From Candidatus Woesebacteria bacterium (GTDB lineage Bacteria; Patescibacteriota; Microgenomatia; UBA1406; GWC2-37-13), in contig JAGOLU010000001.1 in assembly GCA_017993865.1 (NCBI GenBank), forward strand, positions 1-24,823: 24,823 nucleotides of DNA, written 5' to 3'. The position numbers were made by a program, and so were the translations under genes. How positions within the stretch are numbered: the first letter of the stretch is position 1; the number at the start of each line of letters is the position of its first letter. Of this stretch, positions 1 through 9,045 are shown piece after piece. The notes below the pieces were generated by a model. It worked only from the letters and a program-made list of their open reading frames with translations, ran no database searches and was not told the origin of the DNA.

Positions 1-1779
1 CAGTCTCAGAAAACCACCGAAGCCATTCAGAGTGTGATCAACAAACTTCATATAGATCTCTCCAAAACCCCTCCCTTTACTCCTCACGCTGCGCAGCATC
101 TTCTTGCGAGCATGGAGAGTGTGCTCGACGTTGCCCTGCTTACGCACAAAGACCAAACGCTCACGCTCGCAACTACCGGGTCTGGAATCATTTTCCTGAA
201 ACGAGAAGGGGCTATTGTGCAGCTAGTAGAGAACGGTAGCGCCGCACAGGGACCTCCTCAAAGAGGTGATGAATACATACTTACGACCAACGAGTTTCTG
301 GAGCTCATTGGAGGAGTAGAGGGTTTGAACTACTACTTCTTGCACTACACGAGCGCAGAGGTTGTTGAAATGATGAAAACATATGAAGATCAAACAGCGA
401 CCTGCGGTTTTATCGCGATCAGTTATGGGACAAGAGAGGCTCCGAGCACCACCTCCCTCCCGGTGTCCACCGATATTGGCGTGAGCGAAGATAGCGAACC
501 ACTACCCGACAGTACTGAAGTCGTGACAACGAGTACCTACCCGGAAGACCAAGAGACCTTGGTGATCGATAGCATCACCCCAGACAAAACTCCCAAACAG
601 CGTAGGGTACCAGATCTGATAGGTATGGTACTCACTACGATGACATCGATAAGATCGCGCTTTCTGTCTTTACGGATAAGGGTTCCATCTCGCAAGAAGT
701 TACCCCTCATTCTTCTCATCTTGGTGCCTTCTGTATTTCTTATCTATCTCGCCTTTTCGAACATTGGTGGATCTGCAAGAAATACGAGTGTCAAAGTCGA
801 TTATATTGAATCAATCAAAAGCCAGGTCGAAGCAAAGTTGTCCGAAGCTGATACCGAGGCATTTGTAAACATCGCTGGTGTGGAGCTTACTATTGATGCG
901 GCACGGAAAATCCTCCAAGATATACCCGAGAAGGAGCACAAGAAATACGCAGACGACATAGCCAAGCTAACAATGCTTATTGATATTAAGGAAAAAGAAG
1001 TCATGCGCATATCCGATGTAGCGCCTTCAGAATATTACGATTTAGCTTTGCTATCGAAAGAAGCGACTGCGTCCGACGTTGATTTTAGCAACTCATCGTT
1101 TTATATACTTGATAGCGCACAGGGCAAAATCTATATCGTCGACACTACCACACGGTCTCACGATGTCTTATCATCAGATAAATATAAGGGTGCGACACAA
1201 GTGACTAATACGGGCACATACACATATGTGCTCACTGCCAAAGATGGCATCTTTCTGGCCGAAGAAGATCGATCGACGCAGGTCATCAAACCCGATCCAG
1301 CATGGGGCGAGATTACTGATATGAAGGCCTACACGGGCAACCTTTATCTTCTTGATGCCAAGCGGCACGATATTTTCAAATACTCCGGCGTAGATGAGCA
1401 GACGTTTGGAGATGTAGGACCATACCTTGTGCCCGAGCTGCAAGGCAATCTCTCCACAGATCAACGTTTTACGATTGACGGATCAATTTATGTATCAAAC
1501 GAAACGTCAATCTTAAAACTAACTGCAGGGCGCAAAGCAGACTTCAAGCTTATTGTTCCTCATCGCGAAGTCAAGATCTCTGCCCTATATACCGATCCAG
1601 ATCTTGAACAGTTATATGTGTACGATTCAATGCACACGGCGCTCTATGCAACCAATAAGGAGGGAACATTTGACAAGCAGTGGATTGTCGATCAGCCAGT
1701 CATTTCAGTAGCTGCATCAGAAGAAGGGAAGAGTGTTTTTATAGTAACCGCACAACACATCTACGAGATAGTGCAATAA
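1..1779 (+). CDS. 5'-truncated single-pass membrane protein: degenerate PP2C/PPM-like N-domain, acidic Ser/Thr/Pro linker, TM helix, helical stalk, C-terminal beta-propeller (NHL/YncE-like)
   Basis: Frame is open from base 1 (no stop before the GTG at 34), so the true start lies upstream. TM segment KKLPLILLILVPSVFLIYLAF at about 697-760. Repeated blade-like motifs (FYILDSAQGKIYIVD, LYLLDAKRHDIFKY, IYVSNETSILKL, LYVYDSMHTALYA). Confidence 0.75.
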   Translation, partial: QSQKTTEAIQSVINKLHIDLSKTPPFTPHAAQHLLASMESVLDVALLTHKDQTLTLATTGSGIIFLKREGAIVQLVENGSAAQGPPQRGDEYILTTNEFLELIGGVEGLNYYFLHYTSAEVVEMMKTYEDQTATCGFIAISYGTREAPSTTSLPVSTDIGVSEDSEPLPDSTEVVTTSTYPEDQETLVIDSITPDKTPKQRRVPDLIGMVLTTMTSIRSRFLSLRIRVPSRKKLPLILLILVPSVFLIYLAFSNIGGSARNTSVKVDYIESIKSQVEAKLSEADTEAFVNIAGVELTIDAARKILQDIPEKEHKKYADDIAKLTMLIDIKEKEVMRISDVAPSEYYDLALLSKEATASDVDFSNSSFYILDSAQGKIYIVDTTTRSHDVLSSDKYKGATQVTNTGTYTYVLTAKDGIFLAEEDRSTQVIKPDPAWGEITDMKAYTGNLYLLDAKRHDIFKYSGVDEQTFGDVGPYLVPELQGNLSTDQRFTIDGSIYVSNETSILKLTAGRKADFKLIVPHREVKISALYTDPDLEQLYVYDSMHTALYATNKEGTFDKQWIVDQPVISVAASEEGKSVFIVTAQHIYEIVQ

Positions 1780-1816
1780 GGGTACTCTGACAATTAACCG
1801 AAAAGATTGTTGATTC

Positions 1817-2227
1817 TTATGGGCACATACCTGCGTTAAGCGGAACAGCCTGATTGCAACATTCACTAATGTTGGCGGCAGGAGCACCCGCCCTCTTACA
1901 CATATTTTGTATGGTGGGGACAATGATGAGGCCATTCTTGAAAATACCCAATATGGGGCCCACGAGCATTGTCCAGAGAGTGAAAAGCACAATAGCCATG
2001 ATAAGTCCAATCGCTGCCGATGTTATTCTTTTTCGCGCGTCTCCTAGTTTCTTCTCTTCACCACCTGAGGTCACCCAATTAAGTGCGCCCTGCAGAAGCA
2101 TGACAAACGCTGCAAATCCGACCACAAAAAAGAAGAGCGAGACACCCCACGAAGCAATACCCGAAAAGTTAAGATCCCCAAATGGTCCGGGGGCTATGGT
2201 GCCCATAACATCGTTGACTGTTTGCAT
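1817..2227 (-). CDS. VirB2/TrbC-like (CPR T4SS-type) pilin, 136 aa, with 4-Cys C-terminal tail
   Basis: Two hydrophobic helices separated by the charged loop WVTSGGEEKKLGDARKRITSAAIG, typical of CPR pilin-like proteins. Starts 3 nt after the stop of the upstream pilin gene. Confidence 0.75.
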   Translation of the reverse strand: MQTVNDVMGTIAPGPFGDLNFSGIASWGVSLFFFVVGFAAFVMLLQGALNWVTSGGEEKKLGDARKRITSAAIGLIMAIVLFTLWTMLVGPILGIFKNGLIIVPTIQNMCKRAGAPAANISECCNQAVPLNAGMCP

Positions 2228-2230
2228 AGG

Positions 2231-2773
2231 TTAGAAACCGAAAGTATTAATCTTAGTAACAAACAGTATAGTGCGCACAATGGCATATCCAAGCACAATC
2301 ACTACAAGCCCCAGCCCTGCATAGGTCATGGTGTGCATGGAGTCTGTGATCTTTTTTTCTTCTCCTCCCGACATGATATAGGTAAATGCGCCAAAAAGCA
2401 TGAAGACCAAGCAGACTACTCCGCCAATCGCAATGACGAGTGGCACGCCGAGGCTAAGGAGCTTTCCCACACTCCAGAAATTGAGTGCGGCAAAATTGCG
2501 CATAACCCACCGAGGGTCATCGACACAAGGATTTGTTCCTGGAGGAATATTAAGCACCTCTGGTTGTAGGAAGTCATCTTCACCTCTTAAACATCCCCTT
2601 AGTGTTTTGAACTGGGTCGCGGTGTCAGACTCTACGCATCTCGGTTGTGAGGGAGGGCCAGCAAAGCCATTAGGGTCGCAGTCCCACATAGCATAGGCAT
2701 CGTGTGGTGCCCGAAGCACGACTATTGAAGAAAGGAGAAATGTTATGACCAATAAAACGAATGACTTGCGCAT
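2231..2773 (-). CDS. VirB2/TrbC-like pilin, 180 aa, with signal peptide and 4-Cys N-terminal domain
   Basis: Start moved from 2929 (which would overlap fic) to ATG 2773 (MRKSFVLLVITFLLSS...AYA, signal-peptide-like). C-terminal pilin hairpin with YIMSGGEEKKITDSMHTMTYAGLG. Confidence 0.75.
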   Translation of the reverse strand: MRKSFVLLVITFLLSSIVVLRAPHDAYAMWDCDPNGFAGPPSQPRCVESDTATQFKTLRGCLRGEDDFLQPEVLNIPPGTNPCVDDPRWVMRNFAALNFWSVGKLLSLGVPLVIAIGGVVCLVFMLFGAFTYIMSGGEEKKITDSMHTMTYAGLGLVVIVLGYAIVRTILFVTKINTFGF

Positions 2774-2852
2774 GCCCTCATTGTACTCAATTTTTACCAA
2801 AGTCAAAAGGGCTTGTTTGTGGAGTGCGGTAAAAGTACAATAAATAGCGCAC
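2774..2852. promoter_or_regulatory. Divergent promoter region between the pilin pair and fic-lig
   Basis: Plus strand: TTGTTT (2813-2818), 17 nt, TACAAT (2836-2841), 11 nt before the fic ATG. Minus strand: TACAAT (2785-2780) 6 nt before ATG 2773; TTGACT lies only 15 nt upstream of it. Confidence 0.55.
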
Positions 2853-3896
2853 ATGTTTAGCCCCAAATTCACCATAACCAACACCATACTCAACAAGATA
2901 TCGCGCATTGAGGCAGCAGTTGAGGTCATCCATCAGGCTCCTGTTGTCCCCTTGTGGGAAAAGGAGTTTCGGCAAGACGCCATTGTTCGTCAGGTACACC
3001 ACGGCACACATATCGAAGGAAACCAGCTTGGGCTACAAGATGCCAAAGACATTTTGCTCGGCAAAGATGTAGTTGGTCGACCGCGAGACATCCAAGAAGT
3101 CATAAACTACCGCAAGATTATTGAGATCATTGATGACGATCAGGACCGAAAAGTAGAGAAGATTACCGAAATGTTAGTTCTCAAGCTACACAGGACACTC
3201 ATGGATAAGATCCTGACCCCCGATTTATGTGGCACCTATCGCAAGAAGCAGGTCATCATCCGCAACTCTCACACCGGGGAAATTACGTTCCGCCCCCCCG
3301 AGCCACTCAAAGTGCCCTTTTATATGAATGAGTTCATTTACTGGCTTAATAGCACAACGAGAGATGATATCCACCCTATCCTCAAGGCAGGTATCGCACA
3401 TCATGAGATGGCACGAATCCACCCGTTTGTAGATGGTAATGGCCGAGTCTCTCGTATATTAGCCACCCTCATTTTGGTCTTGGGTGGATACGATATGCGC
3501 AGATTTTTCTCGCTCGAAGAGTTTTATGATAAGGATGCAGAAAGCTATTACAAGGCCCTCCAAGCAGCATCTGCCGGAGATCTAACCACGTGGCTCGAGT
3601 ACTTTGTGTTCGGTGCGGCAGTTGAGTTCGATAGAGTGCGTGAGAAAATACTCAAGCTCTCTCAAGATGTAAAACTCAAAAGTAAAATGGGCGGGAAGCA
3701 GGTATATCTAACCGAGCGCCAAATAAAACTGGTTGAATATATTACCGATGTAGGATATGTGCAAAACAAAATGTTCTCTATGTTGTTTCCTGATGTTTCA
3801 GACGACACCGTGCTTCGGGAAGTAAACGAGCTCATCGAAAAGGGTTTGATTCGCAAAGTAGGGAGTACAAAAGGCGCACGATACGAAATTAATTGA
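2853..3896 (+). CDS. fic: Fic-domain protein (class II-like) with C-terminal winged helix-turn-helix
   Basis: Canonical HPFVDGNGRVSR motif (3420-3455). N-terminal inhibitory-helix-like GTHIEGN. C-terminal DeoR-like wHTH (VSDDTVLREVNELIEKGLIRKVGSTKGARYE). Confidence 0.93.
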   Translation: MFSPKFTITNTILNKISRIEAAVEVIHQAPVVPLWEKEFRQDAIVRQVHHGTHIEGNQLGLQDAKDILLGKDVVGRPRDIQEVINYRKIIEIIDDDQDRKVEKITEMLVLKLHRTLMDKILTPDLCGTYRKKQVIIRNSHTGEITFRPPEPLKVPFYMNEFIYWLNSTTRDDIHPILKAGIAHHEMARIHPFVDGNGRVSRILATLILVLGGYDMRRFFSLEEFYDKDAESYYKALQAASAGDLTTWLEYFVFGAAVEFDRVREKILKLSQDVKLKSKMGGKQVYLTERQIKLVEYITDVGYVQNKMFSMLFPDVSDDTVLREVNELIEKGLIRKVGSTKGARYEIN

Positions 3897-3909
3897 GAAC
3901 AATCTCATT

Positions 3910-5667
3910 ATGCTCTTCAAACAGTTTGCACACTATTTATATGAGATGGAGCTTGTTTCATCTCGACTCGCAATCACCGAGAAATTAGCAGGTCTTTTCA
4001 CGGAGCTCATTGCCGATGAGATGGCGGTGGTTCCCTATTTACTCCAGGGCAGAGTCGCACCAGCGTTTAGTGGAATTGAGTTTGGTATGGCCGAAAAAAG
4101 TGTAGTGAAGGCCGTCTCCTTCGCCCTCCAGATGAATCACAAAGATTTTGTTCGTGAAGTTTTGAAAGTGGGTGATGTTGGTCAAGCTGTAGAAAAAGCG
4201 CGCAGCGAATTTACGTCATTTGAGCAAGAAGACTTGTCAATCTTGCACGTTTTTAACGAATTATCACGGATTACCGAAGAGTCGGGGAGTGGGAGTCAGG
4301 ATACGAAAGCTAAAATTCTTGCACTGCTTTTTACCAAGTTAGATCCACTTTCTTGTCGATATGTGAGCCGAATCCCCGTGGGAAGGCTCAGGCTTGGCGC
4401 TTCAGACGTCACCATTCTTGATGCATTGTCGTGGATGCTCACTGGCGATAAATCATTACGACCGCGGCTCGAAAAGGCGTACCAGGTGAGGCCAGACCTT
4501 GGGTATATCTGTGGACAAGTAAAATTGCATGGTCTTACAGGTGTTGAACAAGTTAAACCTGAAGTAGGCACTCCCATTTTGATGATGAAAGCAGAGAGGT
4601 TATCATCGGGCGCAGAAATAATTGAGAAGATAGGTCCATGTATTATTGAACCAAAATATGACGGGCTCAGACTACAAGTGCACATTCAAAAACACAAAGG
4701 ACACGCTGTTGATCGCGAAAAATACGCAGTGAAAATATTCACCAGAGGTCTCGAAATTGTTACGCACATGTACCCAGATATCGTCCAGGCAATACAAACT
4801 GATATTCAGTGCGATGACTGTATCATTGAAGGCGAAGCGTTGGGGTATGATAGTGATAACGACAAGTTTCTCCCGTTTCAAGAAACAATGCAGCGTAAGC
4901 GCAAACACGATATTGCCGATGCTGCGCTTCGTATACCCCTCCGCCTTATGACGTTTGAACTTTTGTATGTAGATGGCGAAAGTTATCTTTCGCAACCTTT
5001 ATCACAGCGTAAGAAAAAACTTGCGACAGTGATATCAGAAAGCTCAACAACCCTCAAGCTTTCCCCGATGTCAGTGGAGAGCGAGTCTGCAAAGATAGAG
5101 AGCTTTTTCGACACCTATATTGCTGATGGTCTTGAGGGAATAATGGCCAAGAAGCCCGACAGCATTTATAAGCCAGGCGCGCGGGAATACTCCTGGGTCA
5201 AGCTCAAACGGAGCTACTCAAGCAAGGTAAACGACACCATAGATTGTGTGGTCATGGGCTATGATGCGGGTAAGGGTAAGCGAGCGGCATTTGGGATAGG
5301 AGCAGTACTTGTAGGCGTATATGATCAGATAGAAGAGAAATATGTCACCATCGCAAAAATCGGAACAGGAATGACTGATGAAGAGTGGAAGGAGTTGAAG
5401 ACACAGAGCACTAAGTACAGAGTACAAAATAAACCAGAAGAATATATGGTGGCGAAGGAAATGGGGTGTGATGTGTGGGTAGCGCCTCACATCGTCCTTG
5501 AAATCAGATCAGACGAAATCACTCAATCAAAACTGCACACCAGTGGATGGAGCTTGCGGTTCCCTCGGCTGGAGCGTTTCCGTACAGATAAAAAACCAGA
5601 AGACGCAACAACAAAAACAGAGTTAGAAGGGATGATACAAAAACGAGCTGACTCTCTCAATATCTAG
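3910..5667 (+). CDS. lig: ATP-dependent DNA ligase with N-terminal DNA-binding domain, adenylation domain and OB fold
   Basis: Motif I EPKYDGLR, III IIEGE, IIIa FELL, IV EGIMAK, V WVKLK, VI LRFPR. About 200-aa helical N-domain. 13 nt downstream of fic. Confidence 0.95.
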   Translation: MLFKQFAHYLYEMELVSSRLAITEKLAGLFTELIADEMAVVPYLLQGRVAPAFSGIEFGMAEKSVVKAVSFALQMNHKDFVREVLKVGDVGQAVEKARSEFTSFEQEDLSILHVFNELSRITEESGSGSQDTKAKILALLFTKLDPLSCRYVSRIPVGRLRLGASDVTILDALSWMLTGDKSLRPRLEKAYQVRPDLGYICGQVKLHGLTGVEQVKPEVGTPILMMKAERLSSGAEIIEKIGPCIIEPKYDGLRLQVHIQKHKGHAVDREKYAVKIFTRGLEIVTHMYPDIVQAIQTDIQCDDCIIEGEALGYDSDNDKFLPFQETMQRKRKHDIADAALRIPLRLMTFELLYVDGESYLSQPLSQRKKKLATVISESSTTLKLSPMSVESESAKIESFFDTYIADGLEGIMAKKPDSIYKPGAREYSWVKLKRSYSSKVNDTIDCVVMGYDAGKGKRAAFGIGAVLVGVYDQIEEKYVTIAKIGTGMTDEEWKELKTQSTKYRVQNKPEEYMVAKEMGCDVWVAPHIVLEIRSDEITQSKLHTSGWSLRFPRLERFRTDKKPEDATTKTELEGMIQKRADSLNI

Positions 5668-5692
5668 CTCTACCAAATCAATCTAGTTTATT

Positions 5693-6451
5693 CTAAAGAA
5701 GCTTCTCATCGTAGAGGTGCCCACCCATCTCATAACTCGTTTCAATAAACTCGCGTCCCAGCAGTTGTTCGACTCCGCTGAGTATATATTTTGGCACTAT
5801 TTTCAGCAAACCCTCTTGTTTAAACCGTCGTAATGAATACAGAAAGTGTGCATCGTGTATAACGCATCCACTCACACCCATTTTTTTTGCCCGCATAAGA
5901 ATCTCGTAGTCCTCTGAGAAAAGTTTATTTCCATCTTGCCTTCGCGAAGATGCATAGCCGTGCAGATGGTGGAAAAATGCCCTCTCAAAAATCATCAGTC
6001 CCATACTAGGGATTGGCCCGGGTGAATATCGAGAAGCCTCAACAGCCTTATTGAATACGAAGAAAGTTGCCTGCAGGACCCTATCCTGATCAGCGATGCG
6101 TACTATTGGCATGTAGATCAGATACATTGATTTCCTCGTTTCTTCTGCGATTGTGGTAAGAAAATGAGGGTCTGATATCCTGGTGTCTGCATCGACGAAG
6201 ACTAGGTATTTCCCTTCTGCTTTTTCAGCCCCGAGGTTCTTCTGATGCGAGACGTTCCGCTTGGGGCAGCTAATTGGGGTAATATGCAACTTAGTTGAAT
6301 AGGAGTGCACCACATCACAGGTTCTATCTTCAGATTTCCCATCCACATGCACAACTTCAAAATCTCTAAAGTCTTGTTTGGCGAGATCGTCCAGAATGCC
6401 CCCCACAAATTTTTCCTCGTTGAGGGTAGGGATTATGATAGAAAATTGCAT
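5693..6451 (-). CDS. Glycosyltransferase family 2 (paralogue A), 252 aa
   Basis: MQFSIIIPTLNEE start, VVHVDGKSED, FVDAD DxD motif, SEDYE, SLRRF. Start ATG 6451 is supported by an extended -10 box. Confidence 0.9.
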   Translation of the reverse strand: MQFSIIIPTLNEEKFVGGILDDLAKQDFRDFEVVHVDGKSEDRTCDVVHSYSTKLHITPISCPKRNVSHQKNLGAEKAEGKYLVFVDADTRISDPHFLTTIAEETRKSMYLIYMPIVRIADQDRVLQATFFVFNKAVEASRYSPGPIPSMGLMIFERAFFHHLHGYASSRRQDGNKLFSEDYEILMRAKKMGVSGCVIHDAHFLYSLRRFKQEGLLKIVPKYILSGVEQLLGREFIETSYEMGGHLYDEKLL

Positions 6452-6458
6452 GAGCTCT

Positions 6459-6467
6459 ATTATAACA
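6459..6467 (-). promoter_or_regulatory. Extended -10 promoter (TG-t-TATAAT), likely leaderless
   Basis: TATAAT ends 7 nt before ATG 6451; no Shine-Dalgarno. Confidence 0.65.
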
Positions 6468-6508
6468 ATAATACCCCATGCAACCTTACATTTCTGCAAT
6501 CAAGATGT

Positions 6509-7258
6509 TTATGTATTGTACAAATGTCCACCCATCTCATACTCGCTTTCAATAAATGATCTCCCCACAGATTGTTCGATCGTAGATAATAATAACTTCG
6601 GAAATACGCCTAACCATCCTTCCCTTTTGTATCTTCGAAGCGACATAATGTAATATATATTAGGTAAAGCTCTACCCGTAACTCCCACGCCGCGCGCTCT
6701 TTTGAGAAGTTCTTGATCCTCAGCAAAAAGCACTTTTTTTTCATGTCTTTCAGATACTTTGTATCCGCTGAGATGATAGAAAAAATTCCGTTCAAATATT
6801 GCCAATCCCTGCGTAGGTAGGGGCGAACTAAACAGTTGGGATACACCAATAGCGTCGTTATACAATGAGAATGCAAGACGTAAAGCAGGATCTTTTTCTG
6901 CTACCCTTACTTTAGCAAAATATATGAGATTCCGAGACTGTTTAGATTCGGTTGAAAGTTTGGAAAGAAAAGATAATTGAGACAAGCGCGTATCGGCATC
7001 AATGAAAATGAGATATTTTCCCTTCGCATGTTCGGCTCCAATATTCCTTTGATACGAGAGATTTCTCCGGTCGGAGTAAATGGTGGTTATAGTTAGTTTA
7101 GAGCTAAAGCTCTTAACTATCTCGCATGTGTCATCTTCAGATTTGCCATCCACATGAATAATTTCGAAATCGGAAGAATCTTGCTGCTTCAAATCCTGAA
7201 GTAGGTTTTCAATATACTTTGCCTCATTTAGCGTAGGGATTATGATAGAAAATTGCAC
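6509..7258 (-). CDS. Glycosyltransferase family 2 (paralogue B), 249 aa
   Basis: GTG 7258 aligns with the ATG of paralogue A (VQFSIIIPTLNEA). FIDAD, AEDQE, SLRRY, shared C-terminal YEMGGHLY. Confidence 0.88.
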   Translation of the reverse strand: MQFSIIIPTLNEAKYIENLLQDLKQQDSSDFEIIHVDGKSEDDTCEIVKSFSSKLTITTIYSDRRNLSYQRNIGAEHAKGKYLIFIDADTRLSQLSFLSKLSTESKQSRNLIYFAKVRVAEKDPALRLAFSLYNDAIGVSQLFSSPLPTQGLAIFERNFFYHLSGYKVSERHEKKVLFAEDQELLKRARGVGVTGRALPNIYYIMSLRRYKREGWLGVFPKLLLSTIEQSVGRSFIESEYEMGGHLYNT

Positions 7259-7264
7259 ACTGAT

Positions 7265-7273
7265 AGTATACCA
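7265..7273 (-). promoter_or_regulatory. Extended -10 promoter (TG-g-TATACT), likely leaderless
   Basis: TATACT ends 6 nt before GTG 7258. Confidence 0.6.
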
Positions 7274-7342
7274 ATACCCCGCATGTACTGTGTAGCAAAC
7301 TTTCTCCACATCGCACGAAACCATATGATTCTGTAGTTGTGC

Positions 7343-9037
7343 CTATCTCACCTGATACACCGTGAACCGTGCATTTTGATAGGCGATAGGCAGGTCATGC
7401 ACATGAGGTTTTTCAATAACAATATACGAAGCATGGTATTTTTTAGCGATTGCAATGAGCTTCTCCGTGGTCAGACTATAATACGCATGTTTAGTAATCG
7501 AGAGATTGTCATAAAAGTTGCTTTTAAACTGTTTTAAGGCTCCGGGAGCAACATCTTCAAAACGGGATTTCCAATAGGTAATATACCCGGGGTCGAACGC
7601 GCCTTCCAAAAGTTCCGAAAGGGTAGAGATAGTAGATCTTTCAGACAACACACGCCATTCAGTGTCGTACATCCAGAATTGTTCTGGTGGTGTTATAAAG
7701 AGGGCATTTTTTTGCGTATTTGCTTTTGCCCACAGTTGTACATCAGTAAACGCATTTTGATGTGGGAAAATATGTATGCCCGGGCGCCATAAGGTAAAGG
7801 AAAGAGCTAAAAGCAAACTTACGCCGTACAACAAACTGGTAAGTAAGATAAACACTCTTGATACATGTACGTTGCCAATCTTTTTACGTAGCGCATAAAA
7901 CAGAAGCAATGTCATGGGTGTGAACGACAGCAACAACCCTAGGAACCATGTTATAAATATGTGCGGTTTACGTTCATCTAGTAACTTCGCGACATACTGA
8001 GATCCGTACAGATAGCAAAAGAGCACCATAAAAACCCCCACTCGGGTGATCTGGGCCGCAATAATGATTCCCGATGGCGCCATATAGGATGCCACGAGCT
8101 GTACTAACAATATAAAAATCCCCGCATACATAAAATTAGTAACAGACACATCAGCATCGCTTTGCGCATTCTTCCTGCTGTGTTTAAATACAAAAAACAG
8201 AATGAGCGTAGACACTCCTCCAAGAGTGATGAGGTTTATATACGGCACGTCAAAACTTATGAAATGGAACAAGTGTGCAAACACTGCGCGATCTAAAATA
8301 GTAAACCACTCCTTATTTGCGGCCAGACCTACTCCCGATTCAGAGAGTTTCCAGATGATGACAGGTGACGCACTGATCAGAAATAAGGAAAGGTGTTTTA
8401 GGAGATTGCCCACACCAAACTTTTTTATCCTCAGCAAGATGTCGAACAGTATCATGCCTATAAGGAAGTTTACCGATATCACATGAAAGTTAAACATAAT
8501 ACCGAGGAGTAGAACAGCTCGGAGCGTTTTTTTCTCGAGATACCAACTGAGGGCAAGGAGCTCAAACGGGAGTACAAACGTTCTGTTTAGGATGCTAAAT
8601 TCAAAAAAGGGGAATCCCGAAAATCCGAAATGCGGGAATATCATCACCGTCACCGCGATAAGCGAACTTAGCGTGTTACGGAAAAGTGTCTGGCTCAATC
8701 GCCATATAGCCCATATCGTGGCGTATACCGTTGCAACATGTGCAACAAACATAGAAATTTCCAATACGCCAAGTTTGTAGAAAGGAATAAATAAAAACCA
8801 GAAAAACGAATAGTGAGTGAACCGGAGATCAAAAAAATGATCGCCAGGAAAAAGAGTATGGTCAACGGTCTTTTTCAAAAATGGAATATGACTCGACTGA
8901 TCAAACGTACCAAAATAGTATCCATACAAGGACACAACAATGAGGGTGAGAACAAAGAATAAAATGTGCCTGCCAACCGCATTCTTTTCCGACCGTGTAC
9001 TGAACGATCGAAGTCTTTTAACCACTGAGGTGAGCAT
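7343..9037 (-). CDS. Polytopic membrane protein, GT-C-like glycosyltransferase architecture with C-terminal soluble domain, 564 aa
   Basis: About a dozen hydrophobic segments. First loop GTFDQSSHIP carries an Asp. C-terminal WAKANTQKNALFITPP...RVLSERS domain is typical of ArnT/PMT-like membrane GTs. ATG 9037 preferred over GTG 9064 on promoter spacing. Confidence 0.65.
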   Translation of the reverse strand: MLTSVVKRLRSFSTRSEKNAVGRHILFFVLTLIVVSLYGYYFGTFDQSSHIPFLKKTVDHTLFPGDHFFDLRFTHYSFFWFLFIPFYKLGVLEISMFVAHVATVYATIWAIWRLSQTLFRNTLSSLIAVTVMIFPHFGFSGFPFFEFSILNRTFVLPFELLALSWYLEKKTLRAVLLLGIMFNFHVISVNFLIGMILFDILLRIKKFGVGNLLKHLSLFLISASPVIIWKLSESGVGLAANKEWFTILDRAVFAHLFHFISFDVPYINLITLGGVSTLILFFVFKHSRKNAQSDADVSVTNFMYAGIFILLVQLVASYMAPSGIIIAAQITRVGVFMVLFCYLYGSQYVAKLLDERKPHIFITWFLGLLLSFTPMTLLLFYALRKKIGNVHVSRVFILLTSLLYGVSLLLALSFTLWRPGIHIFPHQNAFTDVQLWAKANTQKNALFITPPEQFWMYDTEWRVLSERSTISTLSELLEGAFDPGYITYWKSRFEDVAPGALKQFKSNFYDNLSITKHAYYSLTTEKLIAIAKKYHASYIVIEKPHVHDLPIAYQNARFTVYQVR

Positions 9038-9045
9038 AGGGAAAT

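Noticed and set aside
2774-2929. Track N-terminal extensions (starts at 2929, 6499, 7324, 9064, 11005, 11017)
   Set aside because: They overlap neighbours or promoter boxes; downstream starts fit signal peptides, paralogue alignment and -10 spacing.
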